Shown here: piece by piece, positions 48,455 to 58,412 of the stretch | How the letters are laid out: each line of letters starts with the position of its first letter | Position numbering within the stretch: position 1 is the first letter of the stretch | Source of the DNA: Candidatus Algichlamydia australiensis | Lineage (GTDB): Bacteria > Chlamydiota > Chlamydiia > Chlamydiales > JAJFMI01 | Length of the DNA stretch: 64,000 bases | Direction: 5' to 3' | Assembly (NCBI GenBank): GCA_033977065.1 | Contig: JAXCHI010000002.1 | Coordinates: 26,901-90,900 of the forward strand | Notes under the pieces: generated by a model | Told to the model about the DNA's origin: nothing | Databases searched by the model: none | What the model saw: the letters and a program-made list of their open reading frames with translations, nothing else | Made by a program: the position numbers and the translations under genes

Positions 48455-49001
48455 TTTTCTTCTCCGTAATAGAATCTAATTCTTTTTCTCTATTTGGATT
48501 TGTTGCTAAATAGCAATAAGAGAGGAAGCCTGTGATGAAGAGAGCTATGACGGCTGAGACTTTGATGAGGTTAGATGAGAAATGGGAAGAATTCTCAAAA
48601 ATAATTTTGCTTCCTACAAGGTGAATGAGTCCTTGAGTAAGCAATCCTGTATGATTTTTTCTTCTACAATCAATTTTTTGATTTATAAGCGGAGTGAGTT
48701 GTTTGCAAATTTTGCAGGTGCTCTCTTCTTTGCTAGGATAGTGCTTAGGATAGAAAAATTTAGAAGCAACTAAGGCAACAACTCCAAAACTGGCGCCTGT
48801 TATTTGTGTAGTTTGTAAGATCTTTTTTGTTTTGATTCCTGAATAAGAAGTGCATAAAAAAAGTTGCAGTCCTATGGCGCTAATACCAGCTAACGTAGTA
48901 AGAGCTGTAAACCCAGTATTCCATAATTCGTTATCTTGAGAATACTCACTAATAAGGCTATTTTCTGCCGCACCTTGATGTTCGCAACATTTCGTAGTCA
49001 T
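48426..49001 (-). CDS. Hypothetical 4-TM protein (tandem paralogue 1)
   Basis: Two hydrophobic hairpins; CxxC; similar to 49001-49570. Confidence 0.7.
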   Translation of the reverse strand: MTTKCCEHQGAAENSLISEYSQDNELWNTGFTALTTLAGISAIGLQLFLCTSYSGIKTKKILQTTQITGASFGVVALVASKFFYPKHYPSKEESTCKICKQLTPLINQKIDCRRKNHTGLLTQGLIHLVGSKIIFENSSHFSSNLIKVSAVIALFITGFLSYCYLATNPNREKELDSITEKKIKDLTSTSS

Positions 49002-49570
49002 TATAAGAATTTTTCATTTACAATCTTTTGGATCGCCTTATCAAGAGGAGGTTCATCGTCGTTGTTTTGGGACATAGCTGCAATAGCAATACTAGAAATG
49101 AATGTAAGCACAGGAATTAGGTTGAATTTATCTTTGAAAAAATAGGGTGATAGTGCCATGCCCGCATAAAAAACTGAGCAGAACGTAAGTGCGTCAAAGG
49201 AAAGTTCACGCGATTTTGTGATTTCGTTATTTTTTAGCGGAACAAGCTTTTTGCAAATCTCGCAAGGTACATCGTCTTTGGAAAGAAGTTTTGGTCGTGG
49301 GATTTGACGAGCGATAAGTGCTAAACCAAACGTTACACTACCTGCGAGTAAAGTATACTTATGTGCTGTTTGTGTTTTACTTCCAGCATAGGAAGTTATT
49401 TGCGGAAGTGTACCCAGAATAAAAGCTGTAATCGAAGTCATTAGAGCGAGCATACTAGTTGCATTCCACATAAACTCAGGATAGTCACTTTTATGAATTT
49501 CTATTTCTAGCTGAGAAAAAAGTTCATTGCTATCTGTAAAATTATTGTGTTTGCATGAAACTGATGCCAT
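49001..49570 (-). CDS. Hypothetical 4-TM protein (tandem paralogue 2)
   Basis: Shares WN, G..FG and SK...CxICK.L.PL with its neighbour. Confidence 0.7.
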   Translation of the reverse strand: MASVSCKHNNFTDSNELFSQLEIEIHKSDYPEFMWNATSMLALMTSITAFILGTLPQITSYAGSKTQTAHKYTLLAGSVTFGLALIARQIPRPKLLSKDDVPCEICKKLVPLKNNEITKSRELSFDALTFCSVFYAGMALSPYFFKDKFNLIPVLTFISSIAIAAMSQNNDDEPPLDKAIQKIVNEKFL

Positions 49571-49628
49571 AGATCGTGCCCTTAATAATTTTCATTTGGC
49601 TGAATTATAAATGAAATCTTAATAAAAG

Positions 49629-49654
49629 AAAAGCCCCGCGAATAGCGAGGCTTT
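49629..49654 (-). terminator. Terminator of the dnaK operon
   Basis: AAAAGCCCCGCGAATAGCGAGGCTTT hairpin with T tail on the minus strand. Confidence 0.7.
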
Positions 49655-49676
49655 AGAAGAAGGGTTAAATTAAAAT

Positions 49677-51593
49677 TTAACTTTTGTCTTCCTCGTCAAG
49701 GACTTCAACTTCTGCATCCTCAATATCGGGTTTTTCTTGTGCAGCGCCTGCTTGTGGGCCGGGTTGAGGACCGGGTTGTGGTCCAGGCTGGCCGCCTGCT
49801 TGCTGCATCGCTTCCCCAATTTTTTGAATCGCAGTATTGAGCGCTTCGATCTCCGTACGGATGATGGCAACATCTCCACCCTCTTTTGCCTTTTTCAGGG
49901 CATCAATGCGGGTTTGGATTTCGCCCTGCACGTTTTCAGGAAGTTTATCCTTGTAATCCGTAAGCGCTTTTTCTGATCGGAAGATCAGGGCATCTGCTTC
50001 GTTGAGGGTGTCTACGCTCTCTTTGCGTTTTTTGTCCTCTTCCGCGTTCTCCTCTGCTTCTTTGATCTTCGCATTAATCTCATCTTCTGTGAGTCCTGAC
50101 TTGGCTTGGATTTTAATTTTCTGTTCTTTACCAGAGCCGAGATCTTTTGCGGAGACGTTTAGGATCCCGTCAGAGTCGACGTCAAAGGCGACTTCAATCT
50201 GAGGCGTACCGCGTGGAGCGGGAGGGATCTCAGTGAGGTCAAAGCGGCCGATCTCTTTGTTATCTTTGGCCATGGAGCGCTCTCCTTGGAGAACGACGAT
50301 GGTCACAGCAGGCTGGTTATCAGCTGCTGTTGAGAAGATCTGCTTTTTCTGTGTTGGGATAGTGGTGTTGCGCTCGACAAGCGGGGTCATCACACCACCC
50401 ATTGTTTCAATTCCGAGAGTTAGCGGAATCACATCAAGAAGAAGAACGTCTTTTACATCCCCTGCAAGAACTCCACCTTGAATTGCAGCACCAAGAGCTA
50501 CAACCTCATCAGGGTTTACTCCTTTGTGAGGTTCACGACCGAAAGCTTCTTGTACTTTTTGCTGTACAAGTGGCATGCGGCTCATTCCACCAACAAGAAT
50601 CACTTCTTGTATTTGGTCTTTAGATAGGCCAGCATCTTTTAGCGCTTGTAAACATGGTGTAATTGTGCGTTCAACAAGATTTGCTGTTAAGCTTTCAAAT
50701 TTTGCTCTTGAAAGGGTCAGTGCCAAGTGTTTTGGTCCACTTGCATCCATAGTAATAAAGGGTTGGTTGATCTCTGTAGAGTTTGTTCCTGAGAGTTCAA
50801 TTTTCGCCTTTTCAGCAGCATCTTTAAGGCGCTGCAGAGCCATTTTATCTTGAGCGAGGTCGATACCTGTTTCTGATTTGAATTCGCTAAGCATCCACTC
50901 GATCACAGCATTATCAAAGTCGTCTCCACCAAGGTGTGTATCACCGTTTGTGGCAAGTACTTCAAAAACACCTTCGCCAACTTCTAAGATAGAGATATCA
51001 AATGTTCCTCCACCAAGATCGTATACAGCGATTTTTTTATCGCCGCCCTTCTTATCAAGGCCGTAAGCAAGCGCAGCTGCTGTCGGTTCAGGGATAATGC
51101 GTTTGACATCAAGACCTGCAATGCGGCCGGCGTCTTTTGTTGATTGGCGTTGTGAGTCGTTAAAGTAGGCGGGCACAGTAATCACAGCTTCTGTTACCTC
51201 TTCACCGAGATAGCTCTCCGCAGTCTCTTTCATCTTTGTAAGAACTTGCGCAGCAACTTCTTCAGGGGATAGAGTTTTGCCATCCACTTCAAAAGCGGCC
51301 TTACCGCCAGTGCCTTCCACAACTTTGTAAGGAACTTTTTCACTTTTCACTTCTGAAAAGTTACAGCCAATAAAGCGTTTTGTTGAATAGAGTGTCTTGT
51401 CTGGGTTTGTAACAGCTTGACGTTTTGCAGGAACACCTACTAGACGCTCATCGCCTTTGTAACCAACGATCGAAGGGGTTGTGCGTGTACCTTCAGCATT
51501 GGCAATCACTTTTGCCTCAGAGCCCTCCATAATTGCTACGCAGGAGTTGGTGGTTCCAAGATCAATTCCGATGATTCTTTTTTTCTTACTCAT
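49677..51593 (-). CDS. dnaK: Chaperone DnaK
   Basis: [36 protein letters not shown]. Confidence 0.99.
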   Translation of the reverse strand: MSKKKRIIGIDLGTTNSCVAIMEGSEAKVIANAEGTRTTPSIVGYKGDERLVGVPAKRQAVTNPDKTLYSTKRFIGCNFSEVKSEKVPYKVVEGTGGKAAFEVDGKTLSPEEVAAQVLTKMKETAESYLGEEVTEAVITVPAYFNDSQRQSTKDAGRIAGLDVKRIIPEPTAAALAYGLDKKGGDKKIAVYDLGGGTFDISILEVGEGVFEVLATNGDTHLGGDDFDNAVIEWMLSEFKSETGIDLAQDKMALQRLKDAAEKAKIELSGTNSTEINQPFITMDASGPKHLALTLSRAKFESLTANLVERTITPCLQALKDAGLSKDQIQEVILVGGMSRMPLVQQKVQEAFGREPHKGVNPDEVVALGAAIQGGVLAGDVKDVLLLDVIPLTLGIETMGGVMTPLVERNTTIPTQKKQIFSTAADNQPAVTIVVLQGERSMAKDNKEIGRFDLTEIPPAPRGTPQIEVAFDVDSDGILNVSAKDLGSGKEQKIKIQAKSGLTEDEINAKIKEAEENAEEDKKRKESVDTLNEADALIFRSEKALTDYKDKLPENVQGEIQTRIDALKKAKEGGDVAIIRTEIEALNTAIQKIGEAMQQAGGQPGPQPGPQPGPQAGAAQEKPDIEDAEVEVLDEEDKS

Positions 51594-52140
51594 CTTCTTT
51601 TTCTCCAATTTTAATTTTTGTAACTTTTACTTTCGCGGGGCGTAAGATACGCTCTTTACTTTTGTAGCCGCGAATGAACTCTTCTACGATCATGTTCTCT
51701 TCACCCTCTTCAATCTCTTCAATCTCCACAGCTTCGTGCAGTGTGGGGTCAAAGCGCTCTCCAACGGAGTTAAAGGGAACAATCCCGTTATTTGCTAGGC
51801 CTTCCTGGAGCTGGGAGAGAATCATCTCAAATCCCATCGACCAGTTGCGGACTTCTTCACTCATCTGCTCTTTAAAGCCGAGAGCCTTTTCAAAATTATC
51901 GAGAGGAAGAAGAAGATCGCCTAAAATATTGTCGATCGCGTATTGCATGGAGTCGACTTTCTCTTTCTGCATCCGCTTCTTCGCATTCTCTGTCTCAGCT
52001 AAAGCACCTAAATATTTGTTTTGGTATTCTTTGATCTGCGCTTCAAGATCCTCCATCGTCGGCTCTTTCAGCTCTTCAACTGTCGGTTCTTCAATTTTTT
52101 CTTCTTCTGGTACTTCTTTGTCACTCATCGTTTGGCTCAT
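51586..52140 (-). CDS. grpE: Nucleotide exchange factor GrpE
   Basis: [28 protein letters not shown]. Confidence 0.96.
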   Translation of the reverse strand: MSQTMSDKEVPEEEKIEEPTVEELKEPTMEDLEAQIKEYQNKYLGALAETENAKKRMQKEKVDSMQYAIDNILGDLLLPLDNFEKALGFKEQMSEEVRNWSMGFEMILSQLQEGLANNGIVPFNSVGERFDPTLHEAVEIEEIEEGEENMIVEEFIRGYKSKERILRPAKVKVTKIKIGEKEDE

Positions 52141-53251
52141 CTATTTCAGTTAATTTGGTTTCTGGGAGCAGCGGACTCTCCTTAAAAGGAAGATCAAGAC
52201 GCGGCTCGCGGTACGTAATTTGGTATTTATTCATGCTTTTCATCAGAGATTGTCCCATCTCCTTTGCAATCTCTTTTAAGAGCGCAAACACTTTGCTGTA
52301 CTCCATGCGCGCGGGACCAAGTAAGCAAATCACGCCCAAGGAGCGCTGCCCAATAGAGTAGGGGATTGTGATAACGGAGCAGTGCTCAGTAGCAAGGTCT
52401 TTCTTGAGCTCATCACCAATCCAGTAGCATAGCGAATGGTCTTCTACAGCCCGATGTAAGAAGCGATTTAAGAGGTGGGGATTTTCAAAAAGTGAGAGTG
52501 AGCCAGCTAGAGCAGTCGCTTCTAATAACTCGGGATGGTAGAGCATTTTAGAAAAACCGCACTTGTAAATTTCGGAATGTGTGAAGTTAGCGTAGTTGAC
52601 AATGTGGCGCAGAATGAGCTCGCTGTACAATTTTTCCGCTAGCTCCTCTTCGCCCTCTTCAAGATCCGGTTTTGGTAGATTTTTGATGCGGTGGGTAAAA
52701 TAGGTTTCAAGTCGTCTTAAAGAGAAGCTATTGATCTTTCCGGGAGTGTGGAGAACTTCGGTGCGAATCAAGCCAAATGTGGTAATTAGGACCGCTAAGA
52801 GGCGGTTTTCGCCCACAGAGACAAGTTTTACCTCGCCAATTGCGTCTTGATCAAATCGTGGCCCAGTGACAAGAGTCGCACACCCTGTCATCTCCGTGAT
52901 TGTTTCAGCTGCCTTCTGTAAATAGTGGGCTACCTCTTTGGTCTCTTGGCCAAGCTGGCTCTTAATAAGGAGGCGCTCCTCCTTCTTCAAATGGCTGCTG
53001 TTTTCTACCTCTTTGGCATAGAGTTTAAGGGCTTTGGATGTGGGAATACGGCCACCAGAGGTGTGAAGCTGCTTGAGTAGCTCCGCTTGCTCTAATTTAG
53101 AGTAGTAGTTGCGAATCGTAGCGGAACTCATATTTTTCAAACCGCTCTCTTTAAGTGTGTTAGAGCCAACTGGTTCCCCAGTTTTAAGGTAGAGTTCAAT
53201 CAGACTCATAAGCACCGCGTGCTCTTTTTGCTCAGATTTTCTACTTTTCAT
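52121..53251 (-). CDS. hrcA: Heat-inducible transcription repressor HrcA
   Basis: TGEPVGS, SSATIRN, HTSGGRIPT, LGPARMEY. Confidence 0.96.
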   Translation of the reverse strand: MKSRKSEQKEHAVLMSLIELYLKTGEPVGSNTLKESGLKNMSSATIRNYYSKLEQAELLKQLHTSGGRIPTSKALKLYAKEVENSSHLKKEERLLIKSQLGQETKEVAHYLQKAAETITEMTGCATLVTGPRFDQDAIGEVKLVSVGENRLLAVLITTFGLIRTEVLHTPGKINSFSLRRLETYFTHRIKNLPKPDLEEGEEELAEKLYSELILRHIVNYANFTHSEIYKCGFSKMLYHPELLEATALAGSLSLFENPHLLNRFLHRAVEDHSLCYWIGDELKKDLATEHCSVITIPYSIGQRSLGVICLLGPARMEYSKVFALLKEIAKEMGQSLMKSMNKYQITYREPRLDLPFKESPLLPETKLTEIDEPNDE

Positions 53252-53278
53252 TTAGCAATCACAACCCTCTTCTGCTAG
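53252..53278. promoter_or_regulatory. CIRCE-like operator adjoining the hrcA start
   Basis: TTAGCAATC-N9-TTCTGCTAG. Confidence 0.65.
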
Positions 53279-53314
53279 AATTTTATCACAGCTTGTTTCC
53301 TTTGGCAAGGTTTT

Positions 53315-53341
53315 TTAGCACTCAAAGATTTAGATCGCCAA
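53315..53341. promoter_or_regulatory. CIRCE operator
   Basis: TTAGCACTC-N9-GATCGCCAA versus consensus TTAGCACTC-N9-GAGTGCTAA. Confidence 0.8.
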
Positions 53342-53448
53342 AAACGCAACTTAAACTCTTGTTTATCAATAAATTAATTAAAAATGCTTTTTAAATCCTC
53401 AAATTTGCTACATTGCTTAATTGTGCAAAAAAATTGAGGAGAGAAAAA

Positions 53449-54063
53449 ATGAGCATGATTAAAAAAACAGTTTTTAGCTTGATGCTTTTGTCTAGTATGA
53501 GGGTTTTTCCAACGGATGTAGAAAAAGTCTCTAAGATCAGTGACTCTTTAACGCTACTTTTGGGAAAAGAGGAAATTAACGAGGCAATTGAGAAGTTTGC
53601 AGCGGAGTTTAATCAAGATCAAACCCCACTCACAGTGATCTGTATCTTAAAGGGTGGTTTTGTATTTACAGCGGATGTGGTGCGGGCATTTACAATGCCA
53701 ACAAACGTACAATTTATTCGCTGCTCAAGCTATGGCACACGCGGAACAACCCCTGGCGCTTTAACGATTAACGGGCTTGAGAAACTGTCACTTGAGGGAG
53801 CAAATGTTCTTCTTATTGATGAAATTTTGGATTCAGGGCAGACTTTGCATGATGTCTATCACAAAATTTTAGAAATGAACCCAGCAAAATTGCAAACACT
53901 TGTTTTGCTTACAAAGAAGGTAGAGAATCAAAAATTTTCTGCTGACTATTCACTCTTTGATGTGGAAGACAACTTTGTTGTGGGCTATGGCATTGATTAC
54001 AAAGAGTGGTTCCGCAACCTGCCTGACATCTACATCAGTCGTGATCCAAAGCTGCTTGATTAG
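53449..54063 (+). CDS. hpt: Hypoxanthine(-guanine) phosphoribosyltransferase with signal-peptide-like N-terminal extension
   Basis: ICILKGGFVFTAD, VLLIDEILDSGQT, FVVGYGIDY, RNLPDIY. Confidence 0.9.
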   Translation: MSMIKKTVFSLMLLSSMRVFPTDVEKVSKISDSLTLLLGKEEINEAIEKFAAEFNQDQTPLTVICILKGGFVFTADVVRAFTMPTNVQFIRCSSYGTRGTTPGALTINGLEKLSLEGANVLLIDEILDSGQTLHDVYHKILEMNPAKLQTLVLLTKKVENQKFSADYSLFDVEDNFVVGYGIDYKEWFRNLPDIYISRDPKLLD

Positions 54064-54225
54064 ATAGCGTCGTCAAAAGGCTATAATCAGATTATTTTTC
54101 ATGTTTGCAGCTTATTTTTGTGCGGAAATTGAAGCTGAATTTGTAAATTCCGCTTCATTTGAGCACAAAAATGGAGCCCAAACATGAAAAATAAGATGGT
54201 TGTATGCTTTTGACGACGCTATCTA
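54061..54225. repeat. 165-bp palindromic element (MITE/RPE-like) supplying the stop codons of both flanking genes
   Basis: 19-bp perfect terminal IR TAGATAGCGTCGTCAAAAG; inner 16-bp and 10-bp perfect stems. Confidence 0.88.
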
Positions 54226-57200
54226 GTCCAATTTTTTGACTTTGTGACCCGAAAGTTTTGGCTCCATAATAAGCGGGTCGACGGTGAGAAGTGGTAGGAC
54301 GTCGACGATCGAAGGCGACCAGGAGAGGCCTTTGCGGTAGACCGCTTTTGCTGCAATGTAGGCAGCGATCATTGCTTTTTTGTGCACATCAGGGATCTCT
54401 TTGAGAATGCGGTCAGGGAAATCTTTACGCAGGAAAGGTGGGCAGGAGTGGAAGAGGCATTGGATGAGGGGATCCTCTGGGTTTTCAGGTAGATGAACGC
54501 TCTCTAAGTAGTCTAAAATTTGGTAGGTGTAGGCGTTGATGCGTTCAGAGACTTCTTCTGAGAGATCTGTAAAGTATTTACCTGTCTCAGCATTTGCGCG
54601 GATGAGAAGCTGCGCTTCGCTGCGCGCTTTGTCTGCAATGAGAGTGAGGATTTCCGGCATAAAGCTCTCTTTCAGTTTTAGAAATTCTTCATCGGAAAGG
54701 GTCAGGCCGAGCAGGACTTCAAATGAGGAGCAGATCACGCCTCCTTTGTTTGCAGAGCTATCTTTGACAATCATCACACCTTTGTCTTCAAGTTTGCGGC
54801 GCGCTTCTTGTGTGATATAGAGGTTAGCGCCTTCAACGATCGCTCGTGAGGTGGGATTGCCCGATTCATCGAGAAAGTCGGTCCAATTTTGATTATTTAG
54901 TGTGCGGGGGCGGCCACCAGCAGGAATGAAGATATCCGCTTTGACTTGGTGCACATTGTGCCGCAAAAGGTGATTCATATCGTTACCAGAGAGCCAGTCT
55001 TCTTCCAGTTTTTTCCCTTTCATGCGATAGCAGAGCGTCTGCTGGGTATAGGCAGTCTGTTCGCGTTTTGTGAAGGCGTCAAGAAGAAATCCGCCGTCGT
55101 GAAGGAGCTTAGCAGGGTAGTGGCGAATCGATTTTCCTTCGTGAAAGAGCTTACTCATCTCATCTAAGTTGAGTCCTTCTGGGTCAAAGATGGTGCCGGA
55201 GACATCGATGAGAGCGACAAGCTTTGCGGTTTTCGGAAAATCTCTATAGAGATTCAAAATCTGATTTCCTGCAACGTCTCCATCGGGCCCGCCAGAAATT
55301 TTTACAGTGAAAGAGTCTTTTGTTGGATCGATATCGAGATGTTTGAGGGTCTCAATCATGTAGACGTTTACCCCGAGCGAGGTGACTCCAAACTCTTTGT
55401 GGTTGATTCCCACATCGGGTTTTGAGGAGATGAAGGCTTTTCCTGGCTTGTATTCAGCTGATACAGCATAGTCAGCGATCCACTCAATCATCTCATTGTG
55501 CATATTTTCATCAGGACCAAGATAGATGTATTCGGGACGCTTGTAGTAGTCGACAATATGCTTCGCTTTGAGAAGACCGTTCTCTTCGCAGTTGACTAAG
55601 GTTACAAAGCTGTGCACGTAGGAGCGCTGCGACTGGTAAAGATATTGAATCTTTTGTTCCTCTTCATACGTGGCAACTTTTTTTTCGATCTCTTCGCTTG
55701 GGACGCCTCCAAATCGAAGCTCTTTTTCGTAAATTTTTCCTTCTGCCTGTAAAACATCATAGGGCTCTAAGAAAATGACCCCTTTAGAGCCCCCTTCAGG
55801 AATATCTTTGTTTTTTTTCTGCTGTGTATAGGCGAGGTTGTAACACTCAGAAAAGACAGTATTTCTTTCTGCTTCCATCTGTTCCATTTTGCGTGGAAAG
55901 ACGGTGCGCAGCCCTCCGCGAGAGAGGTCTTTGAATCGAATATGGAAGCCGATAAAATGCATGCCTTTAAAGAAAAAAATGGCAAAAGGAAGTTCAGGAA
56001 ATCGTTCTTGGCGGTCGTAGGGGAGCGCATCAAGATAGTGAGGGTCAAGACGGAAAGAGAGGCTGCTCTTATTATTTCGGTAAAAGTTGTTTTTTAACGT
56101 GTACTCTATGAAGGTATGGCCAAGAGTTAAAATATTCTTTCGGCGAGTGTCATTGATCTCATTTCCTGTATCAAGATCTTCAACAAGTTGCAAAAACTCT
56201 TTGGATTTTTTCTTATACTCCTCCGGACTGTTTTTATCCGGATGAAACTTGAGTTTAAAGAGTTCGGCGAGCATTGCAGTTAACTCAGGGTGACGACAGA
56301 GTCCCTCTTCTATATTTTCCCGGTCGTAGAGATTGGGATCGGCATAGGTGAGTGCTTGGTGAATAAAATCGAGCATTGCGCGAATTAAATTGGCATAGTT
56401 TCCCGATGCAAGCTTGGTATCAACTAGGACATTTTCAATCGTATCTTGTGTGTCGAAATACTTGAGCGTAACAAGTTCACGTAAAAAGACATTGAGATCA
56501 GTCGCTTCCCAGGCGGCTTTGCCATCAATACCATCAAAACCAATTGACATGATTAGAATATTTTTTTTGCTCCACGGGTCGATGTAGGTCGCATTAACGC
56601 GTTTCATCACAAGATTGTGGCGATAGACCATCTTCGCAAGACGGTACAAAAATCTATGTTTGGGCGCGTTGCGCCACGCAAGAACAATCTGAAGAGAGGG
56701 AGCGCCGGTCTCCTTCCAATCTTCGTTTTTCTTTATCTCATACTGGCAGTGATCGCGCGATTTAGCGCGCAGAAACATCTCGAGGGCGGTGATGAGACGA
56801 TCTTCGTTCATCGAGCGTACAAAGCGCGCATTCATATTTTCTAGCAAATGCTCAAAGAGGTCGCGCTGCATCTCTGGATTTTTTTTCTGAATCTTGCCAA
56901 AGAGCTCATCACAGCTTTCTTTTGATAAAATCTCATGGACTTGTTCACCACTCTCTTGATACTCAGTGAAGTAGATCACGCCAACGCGTAACTTTTGTGT
57001 GATTCCCTCAAATGGTGGAGGCACATCAGAAATAAAAGCTTGATAATTCTTTATGCCATACATGTTGTAGTGGCGCAGAATCTTGATATCTGCATCTGGG
57101 GCATCAAGGCACATGACAATCGCGCAATGCTGTAGGCGAAACTGAGAAAAGTGGTCTTGCAGGGGGAAGCCCATCATGTTGTGGGCGACCATCATGGCGT

Positions 57201-57348
57201 GTAGAGGCTCGATTTCCTCAAAAAAAGCGGGAGGCATGTGCTTTTCCAGCCAGTGGAAGTAGTCTTCGAAGAGCTCGCTCTCCTTCTTGACCGCTCCTTC
57301 GACCTCTTGTTCGGTTAGTTTTTTATGCTTTCTTTTCTTCCAAATCAT
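54223..57348 (-). CDS. Large NAD-specific glutamate dehydrogenase
   Basis: FHIRFKDLSRGGLR, KNKDIPEGGSKG, GPDE, GGPDGDVAGN, PAGGRP, VEGANL, DSSANKGGVICSS. Confidence 0.93.
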   Translation of the reverse strand: MIWKKRKHKKLTEQEVEGAVKKESELFEDYFHWLEKHMPPAFFEEIEPLHAMMVAHNMMGFPLQDHFSQFRLQHCAIVMCLDAPDADIKILRHYNMYGIKNYQAFISDVPPPFEGITQKLRVGVIYFTEYQESGEQVHEILSKESCDELFGKIQKKNPEMQRDLFEHLLENMNARFVRSMNEDRLITALEMFLRAKSRDHCQYEIKKNEDWKETGAPSLQIVLAWRNAPKHRFLYRLAKMVYRHNLVMKRVNATYIDPWSKKNILIMSIGFDGIDGKAAWEATDLNVFLRELVTLKYFDTQDTIENVLVDTKLASGNYANLIRAMLDFIHQALTYADPNLYDRENIEEGLCRHPELTAMLAELFKLKFHPDKNSPEEYKKKSKEFLQLVEDLDTGNEINDTRRKNILTLGHTFIEYTLKNNFYRNNKSSLSFRLDPHYLDALPYDRQERFPELPFAIFFFKGMHFIGFHIRFKDLSRGGLRTVFPRKMEQMEAERNTVFSECYNLAYTQQKKNKDIPEGGSKGVIFLEPYDVLQAEGKIYEKELRFGGVPSEEIEKKVATYEEEQKIQYLYQSQRSYVHSFVTLVNCEENGLLKAKHIVDYYKRPEYIYLGPDENMHNEMIEWIADYAVSAEYKPGKAFISSKPDVGINHKEFGVTSLGVNVYMIETLKHLDIDPTKDSFTVKISGGPDGDVAGNQILNLYRDFPKTAKLVALIDVSGTIFDPEGLNLDEMSKLFHEGKSIRHYPAKLLHDGGFLLDAFTKREQTAYTQQTLCYRMKGKKLEEDWLSGNDMNHLLRHNVHQVKADIFIPAGGRPRTLNNQNWTDFLDESGNPTSRAIVEGANLYITQEARRKLEDKGVMIVKDSSANKGGVICSSFEVLLGLTLSDEEFLKLKESFMPEILTLIADKARSEAQLLIRANAETGKYFTDLSEEVSERINAYTYQILDYLESVHLPENPEDPLIQCLFHSCPPFLRKDFPDRILKEIPDVHKKAMIAAYIAAKAVYRKGLSWSPSIVDVLPLLTVDPLIMEPKLSGHKVKKLD

Positions 57349-57449
57349 AATTAAATCTAATTAGACGTGTCTCTAACTATTATAATATTATTAAACGTGA
57401 TTAGATATGATCGGAATAATTTTCCTAGTGATTAGTTTAGTTCGTCTCG

Positions 57450-57560
57450 ATCTCGCTTTGCCAAATCGCTCTTCAGCCGTCGTGCCGTATTACCTATGCT
57501 GTCACACCGGCTGAATTGCGATTTTGCTTTGCGACATGAACCCGTGACGACGCTATCTAG
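57450..57560 (+). repeat. Structured palindromic element, copy B, ending in the terminus of the 54-kb element
   Basis: Homologous to 27484-27578; TGACGACGCTATCTAG at 57545-57560 is identical to 54211-54226. Confidence 0.75.
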
Positions 57561-57608
57561 CTTTTTTATGAAAAAGGTTTTAAACTTCTGTTTTTTAGGA
57601 GAAAGTTT

Positions 57609-58412
57609 ATGTTCGAGAGAGTTGTTGTTTTTTCTGTTTTTGCGTTCAGTGCTCTGTTTTCTAATAGAACTGCTACAGTTGAGGAGGTATTTGAAAGTGA
57701 TCCTTTCATTGGGTCGTATGAGGAGGCGGAAGCGGCAAGAGAATGGGAGAACCGCGCTTTTTTAGCAACCTATCCACGTTCTGGCAATCACTGGATGCGC
57801 TATCTCGTTGAAGAAGCAACAGGAATTGCAACGAGTTCAGTTTATTGTGATCCTGACCCGCAGCATATGGAAAAAGTATTTCCTTGGGGAGGGTACTGTC
57901 TCGATCATGGTTATGAGGGAAATCCAAGATATCCGATGGAAGGCGAAATGGTTTTTTTAAAAACGCATTTTCCGGTCTCTCATATCTCTTTTTTTGATGC
58001 TCTTCCTTATAAAAAAACGGTTCGCATTACTCGCCACCCAGTAGATAGTTTTTACTCTCTTTATCTTTGGATTCAGGATTTTAACAAAGAGTCGGCGGAG
58101 TTTATGATACCGAGGGAAGCGTTAGAAAAATATGTAGGTCAGTGGCGACGTTTTCAGGAGTATTGGGATGAAGCAGAAAACGTGCTGACTATTCGGTATG
58201 AAGATCTTCTTGAAAATCCCAAAGCGAATTTAGAAAATATTCTTAACTATCTTGGCTACCAAGTGAGTAAAGAAGATATTCAACGAGCAGTAAAGAAATA
58301 TCCTCCAACTGGAAAACCACTTAAACATCTTGTGCATTTTACTGAAGATGATCTAGAATTCATCTACGAAAACTTAGATGACTTGATGGAAAAGCATCAA
58401 TACAAAAATTGA
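57609..58412 (+). CDS. Sulfotransferase-domain protein with signal peptide
   Basis: PAPS loop ATYPRSGNHW, KTH, RHPVDSFYS, RYEDL. Confidence 0.85.
   Translation: MFERVVVFSVFAFSALFSNRTATVEEVFESDPFIGSYEEAEAAREWENRAFLATYPRSGNHWMRYLVEEATGIATSSVYCDPDPQHMEKVFPWGGYCLDHGYEGNPRYPMEGEMVFLKTHFPVSHISFFDALPYKKTVRITRHPVDSFYSLYLWIQDFNKESAEFMIPREALEKYVGQWRRFQEYWDEAENVLTIRYEDLLENPKANLENILNYLGYQVSKEDIQRAVKKYPPTGKPLKHLVHFTEDDLEFIYENLDDLMEKHQYKN

Noticed and set aside
49740-49800. QPGP repeats at the DnaK C-terminus
   Set aside because: Ordinary low-complexity DnaK tail.
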